64,000 nucleotides of DNA from positions 120,574 through 184,573 of the forward strand of contig CAWVWT010000001.1 of the NCBI GenBank assembly GCA_963934015.1, given 5' to 3'. Made by a program: the position numbers and the translations under genes. The notes under the pieces were generated by a model. The model was not told where the DNA came from and did not search any database. It saw only the letters and a list, made by a program, of their open reading frames with translations. Shown piece by piece: positions 1 to 13,796 of the stretch (position 1 is its first letter; each line of letters begins with the position of its first letter). This DNA comes from an uncultured Candidatus Poseidoniales archaeon (GTDB taxonomy: Archaea; Thermoplasmatota; Poseidoniia; Poseidoniales; Thalassarchaeaceae).

Positions 1-674
1 GGTTCAGGTTCGGTGTCAGCAATATCGACTGGGCCAAACAATACTCCACCGAGATCTGTATCCAACCAATTTTCACCGACGCGTTCACGCTTGACCAAGT
101 GCTGCGAAAAACGACCGCCGATTGGGGCGACTGTGAAACCACCATCACCCATTCTCGATTCGAGCCATTGTGGAAGGGAATCCAATGAACCTGTGACCAA
201 AACACGATCTAATGGCTCGGGGAGTTGAGGTGGACAGTGCGTGAGTTGCCGCATTTTCCGCACCCGTACTGTATGTGTTTCAGTGACTGAAGAAAGTCTC
301 TCGCGGACATGGTCGACGACTTCCCTTGAAGGATCGACGACTACGACTCCACCCTCTGGGCCAACAATATGTGCAATGAGTGCCGCAATATAGCCACCTT
401 TTGCCCCCAAAATTAGGACTTCTTGACCTAGAGCTAATTCGAGGTGGTGTAACATGGTCGCAATCATGTGTGGTGCTGAAATGGTCTTGACTCCGCCTTT
501 ATTGGTCTCCAAGAAGACGAGGGGGCGGTCATGCCAGAAAGGACTCAGTTCGTAATCGGTGTATTCCCCAATATCGACCGAGCGCATGGCCGCAGAAATA
601 CTGTCATTCATTGGAACGCCTGCATTTTCAAGTCGCTCTATTAGCCGGCGCGTGTGCCCCACGTACTCGACCAT
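1..674 (-). CDS. pcm: Protein-L-isoaspartate O-methyltransferase (PCMT)-like protein, 3' end runs off the window
   Basis: Not in the ORF track (no stop inside the window). Manual translation from ATG at 674: MVEYVGHTRRLIERLENAG...KTISAPHMIATMLHHLELALGQEVLILGAKGGYIAALIAHIVGPEGGVVVVD...PLDRVLVTGS...GGFTVAPIG...LGGVLFGP. TISAPHM is the PCMT signature; motif I is divergent. Confidence 0.75.
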   Translation of the reverse strand, partial: MVEYVGHTRRLIERLENAGVPMNDSISAAMRSVDIGEYTDYELSPFWHDRPLVFLETNKGGVKTISAPHMIATMLHHLELALGQEVLILGAKGGYIAALIAHIVGPEGGVVVVDPSREVVDHVRERLSSVTETHTVRVRKMRQLTHCPPQLPEPLDRVLVTGSLDSLPQWLESRMGDGGFTVAPIGGRFSQHLVKRERVGENWLDTDLGGVLFGPVDIADTEPE

Positions 675-753
675 GGAGCACCCATTTTGCCCCTCACTCA
701 AAAGGCTGCGGTGGGGTTCACCTCATATCCCCAAACCTCTCGCGCTAAATTGC

Positions 754-826
754 GGGTCCGTGGTCTAGCGGTTATGACGTCGCCCTTACAAGGCGAATAT
801 CACCAGTTCAAATCTGGTCGGTCCCA
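754..826 (+). tRNA. tRNA-Val(TAC)
   Basis: Cloverleaf: acceptor GGGTCCG/CGGTCCC-A; anticodon arm TCGCC-CT-TAC-AA-GGCGA; T arm ACCAG-TTCAAAT-CTGGT. No CCA encoded. Confidence 0.92.
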
Positions 827-828
827 CT

Positions 829-1536
829 TTACTGCTCTTCAACCCACTCAGCGTCATCACCGAGTGCAGTTTTGTCCAGTTCATCAAGGGTTGTTGCAAC
901 CTTTTCTGTGGTCCATACTGTGTTTTCTTTCCAAGTATCCAAATCTGGATTGATGGAGGAAAGTGCCTGTGTGAGGTTCAACGCAATGGTACCATCAGCG
1001 TCGACTTCCGCCTCGGCTGCAATGCGAACGGCTTCAATTCGTCCAAAGTGAGCATCCCATGCTTGGATGGCCTTCTGCATGGCGAAAATGACGAATGAAT
1101 GTTTATTCGATGCGCGATCACCTCCACCAAATTCACCACGCCTAACCAGATAGGATTCGCCGACACAAACTCCGACATAAACCGAGCCAATCGGTTTTCC
1201 AATGTCCCCTCCAGTGGGTCCTGCGACCCCGGTAACCGAAATGCTCAACCCACTACCGGAAGATAACTGTGCACCTTGCGCCATCCCAAGGGCGACTTCG
1301 TGACTGACTGCACCGCGTTTTTCCAATTTGGTTGGGTTAACACCCAATTGAGATATTTTTGATTCGTTGGAATATGTAACCCAACCCTGTGTGAACCAAG
1401 TTGAAGCACCAGATATATCGGTGAAACTACTGGCGAGTAAGCCGCCGGTGCATGATTCTGCCACAGACAGGCTCCACCCTTCCTTCTTCAGGCGGCGGAC
1501 GAGCCGTGCCGCGAGCATGGAGGCTTCCTCACTCAC
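829..1536 (-). CDS. cinA: CinA C-terminal domain / NMN deamidase (PncC) family protein with acidic C-terminal tail
   Basis: LSVAESCTGGLLAS, VTYSNESK, GAVSHEVALGMAQG, SVTGVAGPTGG motifs. The track start (1746) overlaps DP1; GTG 1536 or ATG 1518 is more plausible. Confidence 0.85.
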   Translation of the reverse strand: MSEEASMLAARLVRRLKKEGWSLSVAESCTGGLLASSFTDISGASTWFTQGWVTYSNESKISQLGVNPTKLEKRGAVSHEVALGMAQGAQLSSGSGLSISVTGVAGPTGGDIGKPIGSVYVGVCVGESYLVRRGEFGGGDRASNKHSFVIFAMQKAIQAWDAHFGRIEAVRIAAEAEVDADGTIALNLTQALSSINPDLDTWKENTVWTTEKVATTLDELDKTALGDDAEWVEEQ

Positions 1537-1649
1537 AAACAGACGGCTTAAGCGGCTGTTCTTAGGCATGCCGACGGTATTCCTGGGGTCAAATACATCC
1601 CTCTGGGGCGCAGTAATGCCTTTGAACGGTCGCGTCGGGGTGGGGGCTT

Positions 1650-3194
1650 GTGAGCGATACTGAATGGGGCGAAATCTACCGAAAGGTGATGGCTGCAGGT
1701 CTAATTCCTGCACGTTCAGTGCGAGACCGCCTGCTAGCCTTGCCATCGATTGAACCCTTGTTACAAGCTGCTGAATCTACTGGGAGTAAAGGTATGCTGG
1801 ATGAGGTTATGCTGGACTCCTTGCTTACACAAAAAAACACACCCGTAGTTGCACGAACAATCGCCCCAATCACTCAGCCAAATCCAGTGGCACCCCCAAG
1901 AATACATGACCTTGACCATTACAAATTAGCAGATTTCCCAATGAATGCCAAAGATGTGGATGCTGATATTACAGTACATTTCGACATTACAGGTAAGAGT
2001 GTAACCGAAGGTAAAAAGGAAGATATTCAATCCTTTTTTAATGACAGACTCAAGCAAATTCGACGTTTGATCCTTGATCGAAACCTGCCCAATCGTCCCA
2101 TCGCTGTCAATGAAGCAGTCCGTCAGAAAAAACAACTAACAGGTCGCGATAATAGCTTCACCGTAATTGGCCTTGTCAAAGAATCGAATACCACGAAAAA
2201 AGGGCATTTGCGTTTTTCACTAGAAGATGCAACTGGAGAGGTCCGCTGTATGCTTATGCAACGAGATGAGGATGGGCCAAACCAAGAGATTGTCCATGCT
2301 GGATTGATGAATGATGATGTGATCGGAGTTAGTGGTACCTTCAATCAAACGGGGGATATCGTATTTGTCGATGATATTCATTTTCCATCTCTGACAAAAC
2401 ACGAACGGCGGACTGCAGGGGCAGATCAAGCGATTAGTGCTGCATTTATCTCTGATTTACATCTGGGGAGCAAAACCTTCCTTGAACCACAGTGGCAAAA
2501 AATGATCAAATGGTTTCATGATGACCCATTGGCTCAAACGGTACGCTACCTAGTCATCAGCGGAGATGGTGTAGATGGCGTTGGAATCTATCCAGGTCAA
2601 GATAAGCATCTGAACATCCCTGATTTATTCAATCAATATTCTCGCTTGGGAACCATGTTGCAAGAGTTACCCGATTGGGTCGAAGTGTTGCTCTTGCCCG
2701 GAAACCATGATGCTGTACGTCCAGCTGAACCCCAGCCAGCAATCGACCATGAATTGCAAACCGACTACAATAACACAATGTTTGTTGGAAATCCATGCGA
2801 TTTCAGCCTCAATGGTGTTCGTGTTCTTTCCTACCACGGCGTATCTATCATGGATTTTGTCTCTTCATTGCGTACTGTCACCTTTGAAACGCCTGAAGCT
2901 GCCATGCGGGCAATGATTGATCGACGACATCTCGCACCTTCATGGGGGGGGAAAACACCGCTTTCCCCTGAGCCAGAAGACCGATTGGTGATTCAAGAAA
3001 TACCTGATATTTTCGTTACCGGGCACGTTCACGGCCACCATATGGAGACTTACAAGGGTGTCAACTTGGTGCATAGTAGCACTTGGCAAGACCAAACCGA
3101 CTATCAGCGAATGCTCGGATTTCAACCCAAGCCTTGTATCCTGACCGTGGTTAATCTACACACACATGCAATGGCAGCTATTCCATTCGTTTAA
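1650..3194 (+). CDS. polB: DNA polymerase II (PolD) small subunit DP1
   Basis: OB fold (FSLEDATG, DDVIGVSG) plus calcineurin-like phosphoesterase motifs ISDLHLGS, GDGVDGVGIYPGQ, PGNHDA, YHG, RRHLAPSWGG, TGHVH, WQDQTDYQ. Confidence 0.95.
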   Translation: MSDTEWGEIYRKVMAAGLIPARSVRDRLLALPSIEPLLQAAESTGSKGMLDEVMLDSLLTQKNTPVVARTIAPITQPNPVAPPRIHDLDHYKLADFPMNAKDVDADITVHFDITGKSVTEGKKEDIQSFFNDRLKQIRRLILDRNLPNRPIAVNEAVRQKKQLTGRDNSFTVIGLVKESNTTKKGHLRFSLEDATGEVRCMLMQRDEDGPNQEIVHAGLMNDDVIGVSGTFNQTGDIVFVDDIHFPSLTKHERRTAGADQAISAAFISDLHLGSKTFLEPQWQKMIKWFHDDPLAQTVRYLVISGDGVDGVGIYPGQDKHLNIPDLFNQYSRLGTMLQELPDWVEVLLLPGNHDAVRPAEPQPAIDHELQTDYNNTMFVGNPCDFSLNGVRVLSYHGVSIMDFVSSLRTVTFETPEAAMRAMIDRRHLAPSWGGKTPLSPEPEDRLVIQEIPDIFVTGHVHGHHMETYKGVNLVHSSTWQDQTDYQRMLGFQPKPCILTVVNLHTHAMAAIPFV

Positions 3195-6100
3195 TCTTCG
3201 AAAAGATCATCTTCAATGGGCATCGAGTAGTCCAACTCATGCTTACGAGTTCGGATGAATGCAATGAGAATCATCACGACTATGGCCATAAGAGAAATCT
3301 GTACCACTGGGTCCCCAAGTAGGTCGCCAATATTCACTTTGTTATCGGAATCATCATCCGGCTCACTCTGATCAGACCCAGAGTCAGGCAGTGGCGATGC
3401 TGCATCCTCTTCCTCGATGACGAATTCTACACTAGAGGTGTTCATGTTGCCAGAAGCATCCGAAATGGTAACAGTCAGCGTGTAAGTCTCTAGCGCAGTG
3501 AGGTCAGGATAAGGGAAAATAGTCATGTCGTGGTTCTTGCGTAGGGCGACGGCATCGCCAGCGAAGGATTGGCCGGCGACCTCGATGGACTCTGTGGACC
3601 CCTCGCTTGTGTACCAAGTGACTCGTAACGAGCCACCCTCAATGACCTCAACGGCGAGATTCAGCAGGTCTGGCGGGGTGGTGTCAATCTCGTTGGAGGT
3701 GTTGAACGAAATGGCGACTGATGGGGCATCGCTTACGGTGATGGAACAAGAATAGGCTATACCTGCATCCAATCCCGTAACCTGCAGAGCCTGAGAGTAG
3801 AACATCATGGGTGTCGTGAAACTGTTGTTACTACAATTCACAACCCCAATGGCTGATTTGGTCGTAGACCATGAGATGATTGCCGAGGATGTGGTGATGC
3901 TGGATACACTGACGCCAAACACCTGCTGTGCGACCTCGGGGAGTTCAATGCCAGTCAGAACAGCATAGGTCTGTGTCTCAACATCATACGATCCGAGCAT
4001 TGCAGTTTGGCTGGTTGTGTTGTCGAGTACTATATCGATGATATTCGGATCGTAATTCCGCCCATCAGCAGTGCTAGGGTCTGCACCACCACCCAATCTC
4101 CAAGTCTTTGCATCAGTATCCACATCACGCCACTTTCCAGTACCAAATCCATCCTGCGAACCAGCGACTACGATGAATCTGTATTCGGGAATATTGGCGC
4201 CAATAACACTCTTGGCCACTGTGATGGTGATTGTATTGGAATCCTTGTCAGCAGAGACTTCGATTCCTTTAGCACTGGTTTCGCCGGTACTAGCGCTGAT
4301 TGATTTCACCGCACCTGGTTCACCTGTCACAGAGACGGCCACTTCCCATGCCCAATCGTTGTGCGTTACGGCATAGGCGCCGTCCAACAGTTCTGTTTCA
4401 CCATAGGTGGTATCACCTTGATCTACATAGATTTGCACAATCTGGTGACTGAATCCGTTGGCTAGTCCCCAATAATCTGTCATCTCTGCAAATGAAATTT
4501 CAAATCGAGCATTCCATTCACTCTGGCTGACTTTGAGGTGAGTGATATCGAACAGACCAGCGCCTGGTACGAAATCACCAGCCAATGGATAGGTGTAATC
4601 ACCATCTCCAGTTTCATCACCAACCGCATCATCGATATCGAGTAGAGTGACCCATTCTTCCAAATCCGGCATCACCATCTCCGCAGGTGCTGGTGGGGCG
4701 ATTTCGACATCGGTTCCATCCCCATATGCAAAGGAATTCTGCCAACTGGTGACAACCTTGACACGGGTTGAATATCGAGGGGCAAGGCCAAGATCAGACC
4801 ATGGTATCTGGAACTCAAATACCTCATCGGCAGCACATCCACCAAGGATGGATTGCCCCGCTAGATTCCAACGCTCTGAATCACCAATTTTACCCTTAGC
4901 TTCGAAAATATCGTACTTTGCTCGGCCATCTTCCCACAACTCACCGAAGTTAAATGAAATCATGTTCTTGGCAGGGAAACCCAAAACTGTATTGCCGTAA
5001 TATGTTCTGAAATTAGTCTCGACCTCATTGAAATTGATTGCATTAGGCTGCATGAAATAGATTGAGACATCGGGCATAGCATCCATATCCATTGATTCCC
5101 AATCCTCTGGAGTACTACCGAGATCCACACGAACGTATACATTTGAGGCATCATAACCAAGATGGAATGATTCGATATCTAACAACTCGTCATCGTCACC
5201 TGCATCATATTTTGCAGCCCCATCCCATTCTCCAGGTAGGGCAATGCCGTCAATCATTGGTTCAATGATACCACTGTAAGGAATTTCTGGCAAGGCGGGA
5301 TTGGTCCACAAATCAAGTAAATAGGGCGGTAGATCAAGGTTGACTGCCCGGTAGATATTGGAAAGATGGACCTTGAACAATACATCCCACATCTCATCAT
5401 AGCCACTGTCTTGATCCAGTCCATACCACCAGTACCAATCGCTACCCTCAGCGATGTACAAGCTTTCCCACGCATCATCTAAACCCGCATGGTTGGGGTT
5501 CCCTGCCTCAAAGGCAACCAAGGCTTGGCGGGCTTCGACTGTGCGCTGCCAAGCAAGGCTTTCCTCGGCTTCTCCAGCCCATGTCGAGAGTGTGCCATCA
5601 ATCCACGACCCTGTGCCAATGACATCGATTTCGGGTAAGGTTAGATTCTTCTCAAGGAATTCGCCAGGCGTCGTTGTCACCACGGTAGGATGAGTGCTCA
5701 ATCGACTGAACCATTCCTCTGTGAATGGACGACCGTTGTCATGATGTTGGAAATCTGACATGAACATCCAATTTTCACCATCGAGAGCCACAGTGAGCAA
5801 ATGTTCGCTCGGGTCTTTGCCCTCGTCGAGCAATTGCTGACGAATGTTGTCGCAATAAGCAAGGAAATCAGAGACTGCGGCCTCAGGTGTCATCGACCCA
5901 TATTGGAAGGCGATTCGGTCGCTAATCACACGATCTCGGAAGACGACTGCGACATCATCCGTCACCCAAGGTGTCGCTAAATTCGATGCGATGGATACAT
6001 CGATGGTTTGCCCACTCATATCGGTGGACTCCTCAAGATTGAGCTCGTCAGTAATCATCCATTCAATGCCAACATCTGCCACAGGTTGGACCATTGAGGG

Positions 6101-7666
6101 GGATACTGATTGTTCGCTCGGCCACATGCCTACGGGACGGAATCCCAACTCTTGTTCAAACAAATCCATGCCATTCTGCAAATGATTGGTAACATCTTCT
6201 GGCCACGAATCTTTGTCGACTCGAATACCATCCTCAAAAGTCCATCCATCCATCATCAATAATGGCATAATCGGATGGTAATACGGTGTTGTCGTTAACT
6301 CAATTTGTCCGCTGGCAGCCAGTTCAGAATACATGGGGAGGATGTTCGACATGTGCGCTTCTTGAGCATCAAGGACGTATGTGAGATCAGGTAACGTGTA
6401 TTGCCCATTCTGCATGAACAAGTCAATCAAACCTTGATCACGGTGACTGGAATTGTAGTCCCCTTGAACATAGGATGGGCTGAATTGATACAGATACCAC
6501 AGCACCTGTAAATCCAGAAAATCTTGTGAACCAAGAAGTGTATCATCCATGATTGTTGCAGGTTTCAGATTGTGCATCGTCATGCCATGCAATTCTGAAT
6601 AGCGTTGGCTGGAGGGGTAAACCCATCCGACACGCGAATCCTCAGTTGTGACATTGTAAATCCATCCTGAATTCCAGAATGATTGGAATTGCATCGTATG
6701 CAATTCAAGTGCAGTGGCATTGGGATAACCTTCTGAATTCCAAGAACGACGGGCAATATCTGTGTGTACATCAAGCACACCATTCTCAGAATAATCAAGT
6801 AATTGCTCAATGAAGGATGGCACCAGGTTGTACGTCACCTTGGTATCCGTTGTGGATAGAATACCAGGACTGTCCACATATTCAGTCATGGCATGAACTC
6901 GAACCCAAGGCATCTCGACCATTCCGGTCAACTTGTTTTTGTAATACGGTTGATGCTGGTGAAATACAATCGCTAGATTCAGTGCATCATCGACTTTCTC
7001 AATCGGGTTGTCCGAAGTTAGAATGGATACATTGGAACTGGATTGAGATGTTGACCTATTCTCAATTTGATACCAATGCGTGAACGCTTCAGCACCATTT
7101 TCTGAAGCCGGGTTCTCTTGCGGGAAAACGGTCCAAACATTACCCGCATCTTGCCATTGGGACCATGCGACAACACCGATATTCTCAGGGGAATCTATGC
7201 CATCCCATGGAATTGCAATTTCTGTGTTTTGATTGCCAGACCACCCAATCCACTCAGAGGGGGATGCGGCGCTGTCAACCCACCCAGTTCCATCATAAGT
7301 TTGCAAAGAAGAGTAGGAATTGTCCTCAAGCACAAATGCATGATCTGCTGCAAACGGAAGTGTCTGGGCCAGATTCCAGTTTTTTGACAATGGGCTTCCG
7401 CCTTCACTGGTGTTCAGATAAACAAACATATCCGCCCCTTCACTTTCACTGGCCCAATCGGTACCGGACCAACCAAGGAATAGATGCGTAGAATTCCAAG
7501 TCATTCGAAATGTCACAGCATTGGCATCAGAAGATTGGAATGAATCGTTAGGCCAATCACTCATATCCCCATCTAGTGTAATTTCGTCAGGGGTGGTGGC
7601 TGTAACCACACCTAACCAAGCCGGTGCCAGAAATAGTGCGACGAGTACGGCTGCGGTCCGATGCAT
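3191..7666 (-). CDS. apu: Secreted, membrane-anchored GH57 amylopullulanase with N-terminal DOMON/CBM9-like module, glucodextranase/DOMON-like and FN3-like domains
   Basis: Signal peptide; GH57 regions HQHQPYY, WVRVHA, ELTTTPYYHPIMPLL, GMWPSEQ (nucleophile), ALDGENW (acid/base), AEGSDWYWW; DAVGDETGDGDYTYP glucodextranase-like domain; C-terminal TM followed by RTRK. Confidence 0.9.
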   Translation of the reverse strand: MHRTAAVLVALFLAPAWLGVVTATTPDEITLDGDMSDWPNDSFQSSDANAVTFRMTWNSTHLFLGWSGTDWASESEGADMFVYLNTSEGGSPLSKNWNLAQTLPFAADHAFVLEDNSYSSLQTYDGTGWVDSAASPSEWIGWSGNQNTEIAIPWDGIDSPENIGVVAWSQWQDAGNVWTVFPQENPASENGAEAFTHWYQIENRSTSQSSSNVSILTSDNPIEKVDDALNLAIVFHQHQPYYKNKLTGMVEMPWVRVHAMTEYVDSPGILSTTDTKVTYNLVPSFIEQLLDYSENGVLDVHTDIARRSWNSEGYPNATALELHTMQFQSFWNSGWIYNVTTEDSRVGWVYPSSQRYSELHGMTMHNLKPATIMDDTLLGSQDFLDLQVLWYLYQFSPSYVQGDYNSSHRDQGLIDLFMQNGQYTLPDLTYVLDAQEAHMSNILPMYSELAASGQIELTTTPYYHPIMPLLMMDGWTFEDGIRVDKDSWPEDVTNHLQNGMDLFEQELGFRPVGMWPSEQSVSPSMVQPVADVGIEWMITDELNLEESTDMSGQTIDVSIASNLATPWVTDDVAVVFRDRVISDRIAFQYGSMTPEAAVSDFLAYCDNIRQQLLDEGKDPSEHLLTVALDGENWMFMSDFQHHDNGRPFTEEWFSRLSTHPTVVTTTPGEFLEKNLTLPEIDVIGTGSWIDGTLSTWAGEAEESLAWQRTVEARQALVAFEAGNPNHAGLDDAWESLYIAEGSDWYWWYGLDQDSGYDEMWDVLFKVHLSNIYRAVNLDLPPYLLDLWTNPALPEIPYSGIIEPMIDGIALPGEWDGAAKYDAGDDDELLDIESFHLGYDASNVYVRVDLGSTPEDWESMDMDAMPDVSIYFMQPNAINFNEVETNFRTYYGNTVLGFPAKNMISFNFGELWEDGRAKYDIFEAKGKIGDSERWNLAGQSILGGCAADEVFEFQIPWSDLGLAPRYSTRVKVVTSWQNSFAYGDGTDVEIAPPAPAEMVMPDLEEWVTLLDIDDAVGDETGDGDYTYPLAGDFVPGAGLFDITHLKVSQSEWNARFEISFAEMTDYWGLANGFSHQIVQIYVDQGDTTYGETELLDGAYAVTHNDWAWEVAVSVTGEPGAVKSISASTGETSAKGIEVSADKDSNTITITVAKSVIGANIPEYRFIVVAGSQDGFGTGKWRDVDTDAKTWRLGGGADPSTADGRNYDPNIIDIVLDNTTSQTAMLGSYDVETQTYAVLTGIELPEVAQQVFGVSVSSITTSSAIISWSTTKSAIGVVNCSNNSFTTPMMFYSQALQVTGLDAGIAYSCSITVSDAPSVAISFNTSNEIDTTPPDLLNLAVEVIEGGSLRVTWYTSEGSTESIEVAGQSFAGDAVALRKNHDMTIFPYPDLTALETYTLTVTISDASGNMNTSSVEFVIEEEDAASPLPDSGSDQSEPDDDSDNKVNIGDLLGDPVVQISLMAIVVMILIAFIRTRKHELDYSMPIEDDLFED

Positions 7667-7725
7667 CGCTCCCGCGAGTCCGTTTCACATCAAAGGTTTT
7701 CCACCTCCCCTGCCGGAGGCCGGGT

Positions 7726-9015
7726 ATGCGCGAGGCGGGGATATTGTGTCACATCACATCCTTACCGTCTGGAAAGTTGGGTCCTGATGCCTTCACATTC
7801 ATCGATTTAATTGCCGAAGCTGGGATTTCCGTATGGCAAGTTTTGCCAATAACACCACCTGATGAACATCACAGTCCATATGCATCGACCAGCGCATTCG
7901 CAGGATGGGTCAAATTGTGCGACCCTTCCTTTGAGGATGACCCCGATCACGAATTGGTTCGAGATTGGCTCAGTGTCAATGCACACTGGGCATGGGATTG
8001 GGGACTGTATGATGTCCTCAAAGAAGCGCATGCCGAAAAACCGTGGTTTGAGTGGCCTGAACCACTGCGTGATCGGCATCCAGGTGCCATTGAAGAAGCC
8101 ATGCAGAGGTATATGCCGCAAATTCGAGGTCGAATTATGAATCAGGTTAGGTTCCAGCGGGACTGGATGATATTACGACATTATGCCACCCAAAAAGGTG
8201 TCAAAATGTTTGGTGATCTACCTATCTTCGTCGCCAGAGATTCTGTTGATGTTTGGGTCCGACCCCACTTGTTCCATCATGACGTAGTAGCTGGGGTACC
8301 ACCCGACTATTTCTCCGAGGATGGGCAGCGTTGGGGTACGATGCTATACGATTGGGATGCGCATCGTGAAGATGATTGGACATGGTGGAGAATGCGGATG
8401 GCTCGCATTTGCGGTCTGTTTGATATGATACGAATCGATCACTTCCGTGGCTTTGATTCTGCATGGACAATTCCCTTGGAGGAGGATACCGCGAGAAATG
8501 GACAATGGGTGAATGGACCGGGGGATGATATCCTCCAAGCCATCATCGATGTTTCCGGCGACACCCTGATTGTTGCTGAAGATCTTGGAATCATCCCCCA
8601 GAGTGTCACTGAGCTCCGAAAAAGACACAACCTTCCAGGAATGTCTGTACTCCACTTCGGATTTGGTGACGAAAATGACGATAATCCACACCGGCCCGAG
8701 AACCTCTCCAAAGATCGAATTGTTTACACTGGGACGCATGATAATGATTCGACCATGGGGTGGTGGGGTTCTGCAACACCCGAGCTCAAAGTACGCGTCA
8801 TTGAGGTTGGACTGGCTGGTGAAAATGCATGTGATACACTCATCAGATTGGCAATGGAATCTCCGGCACCTTTGGCAATTATCCCCCTTCAAGATATCTT
8901 ACAATTGGGTTCGGATTCACGAATGAATACACCAGGACAAGTTGCTGGAAATTGGGCCTGGAGATTTGATTGGCCTGAATTGGCCAATGGAAATTGGGAG
9001 AGCTTCAAACGCTGA
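7726..9015 (+). CDS. malQ: 4-alpha-glucanotransferase (amylomaltase, GH77)
   Basis: MREAGILCHITSLP, WQVLP, SPYASTSAFAG, GVPPDYFSEDGQRWG, RIDHFRG, AEDLG, YTGTHDND, RMNTPG. Start moved to ATG 7726 (track start 7624 overlaps apu). Confidence 0.95.
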   Translation: MREAGILCHITSLPSGKLGPDAFTFIDLIAEAGISVWQVLPITPPDEHHSPYASTSAFAGWVKLCDPSFEDDPDHELVRDWLSVNAHWAWDWGLYDVLKEAHAEKPWFEWPEPLRDRHPGAIEEAMQRYMPQIRGRIMNQVRFQRDWMILRHYATQKGVKMFGDLPIFVARDSVDVWVRPHLFHHDVVAGVPPDYFSEDGQRWGTMLYDWDAHREDDWTWWRMRMARICGLFDMIRIDHFRGFDSAWTIPLEEDTARNGQWVNGPGDDILQAIIDVSGDTLIVAEDLGIIPQSVTELRKRHNLPGMSVLHFGFGDENDDNPHRPENLSKDRIVYTGTHDNDSTMGWWGSATPELKVRVIEVGLAGENACDTLIRLAMESPAPLAIIPLQDILQLGSDSRMNTPGQVAGNWAWRFDWPELANGNWESFKR

Positions 9016-9069
9016 AAAGTGTCTAACCACTATGGGGTCAAATTCATAGGACTGTGGAAGCGGACCGAG

Positions 9070-10673
9070 ATGGTTGGAATGAGTATTGGCTACCTCTCTG
9101 CGGAAGTCGGTTTTGAAAGTGGCCTCCATACCTATTCAGGTGGACTAGGTGTACTCGCTGGAGATCACATCAAATCCGCGGCGGACGCTGGAATCGATCT
9201 TGTTGGCTGCACCCTATTGTACCGAGAGGGCTATGGTCGACAACACTTGGACGAGGATGGGAATCAGACTGAAACATTCGGCGAGATTGACCCGCTGGAG
9301 TATCTTTGTGACACTGGAGTGGAAATTTCACTCCCACTCGATGGGACCATACTGTATTCAAAAATTTGGAAATATCAAATCAAGGATTTGCCAACATACT
9401 TTCTCGACACCCGTCATCCAGATAATTCCCCTGCGCATGCAAATCTCGGAAATCGCCTCTATGGTGGTGATGATTCAACACGAATACGCCAAGAGTATCT
9501 GTTGGGGATCGGGGGTATTCGTGCTCTTCAAGCACTAGGGCACAAAATTACAGGTTTGCATCTAAACGAAGGTCACTGCACGTTTGCGATGCTCGAAATG
9601 TTACACCAAGGATGGACACGCGAAGAACTTCGACAGCGATGCCTCTTTACCACCCACACACCGGTTCCCGCGGGTCATGACCGATTTGGCTGGGATGCTG
9701 TGGAACATGTACTTGGAAAATTGCTGCCATCTGATGCAAGAAGACTTGTCAAGGACGACCAAAGTTGCTCGATGAGTCACCTCGCTGTAGCACTGGCGGG
9801 TCAGGTCAACGCTGTTTCAAATCTGAATGCCTATGTTGCGAGTGGAATGTTTGAGGATACACACATCCATCCGGTTACCAATGGTGTACATCACAAAACA
9901 TGGACCAGCCCTGCCATGGCTCGCCTTTTTGATATGCACCTCAAGGGTTGGAGATCTGACCCCACCACTTTAGCACACGCTGGACGAATTCCGGATGCTG
10001 ATTTGATAGATGCGAGACAAGAGGCACGCGCTGTGCTTCGGGATCTCGTCAAGATTTCAACGGGTGTCGAATTTCATGAAGACCGGTTGACAATTGGATT
10101 TGCGCGCCGTTTTGCGACATACAAACGGGCAAATCTCGTCTTTAGTGACTTAGAGAGGTTGCGTTCACTTGGAACGAAAAAAATTCAGTTTGTCTTCGCG
10201 GGAAAAGCGCATCCTCGTGACGAAGGCGGTAAACAACTCATCCGTGATATCTTCGAAGGTGCTTCACAGGTTGCAGATGAAATTCCGGTTGCTTTCCTCG
10301 AGGATTATTCGATGGACACAGGTCTAGCGATGACTAGTGGTGTCGACATTTGGTTAAACAATCCAATTCGACCCATGGAAGCGAGTGGAACTAGTGGGAT
10401 GAAGGCAGCCATGAATGGTGTACCCAACTGTAGTATTCTCGATGGATGGTGGCCTGAAGCCTGTCAGCATGGGGTCAATGGTTGGGGTATTGGAGAAGGT
10501 GAAGATGAACGAGATGATGACCGAGATGCAAAGTCCGTGTATGATACACTCGAACATGAAGTGCTGCCTGCTTGGAATGATGGCCCCGAACACTGGAATG
10601 ACCTGATGCGTGCATCCATCGCAACCAGTGCCCGATTTACAGGCGCTCGTATGATCAGTGATTATCTGCGGTT

Positions 10674-10701
<28 letters not shown>
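9070..10701 (+). CDS. glgP: Alpha-glucan/maltodextrin phosphorylase (GT35), compact form
   Basis: YSGGLGVLAGD, LYGGD, HLNEGH, FTTHTPVPAGHD, TNGVH, GFARRFATYKRA, AGKAHP, EASGTSGMKA (PLP lysine). Start 9070 or 9079. Confidence 0.93.
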
Positions 10702-13792
<3,091 letters not shown>

Positions 13793-13796
<4 letters not shown>

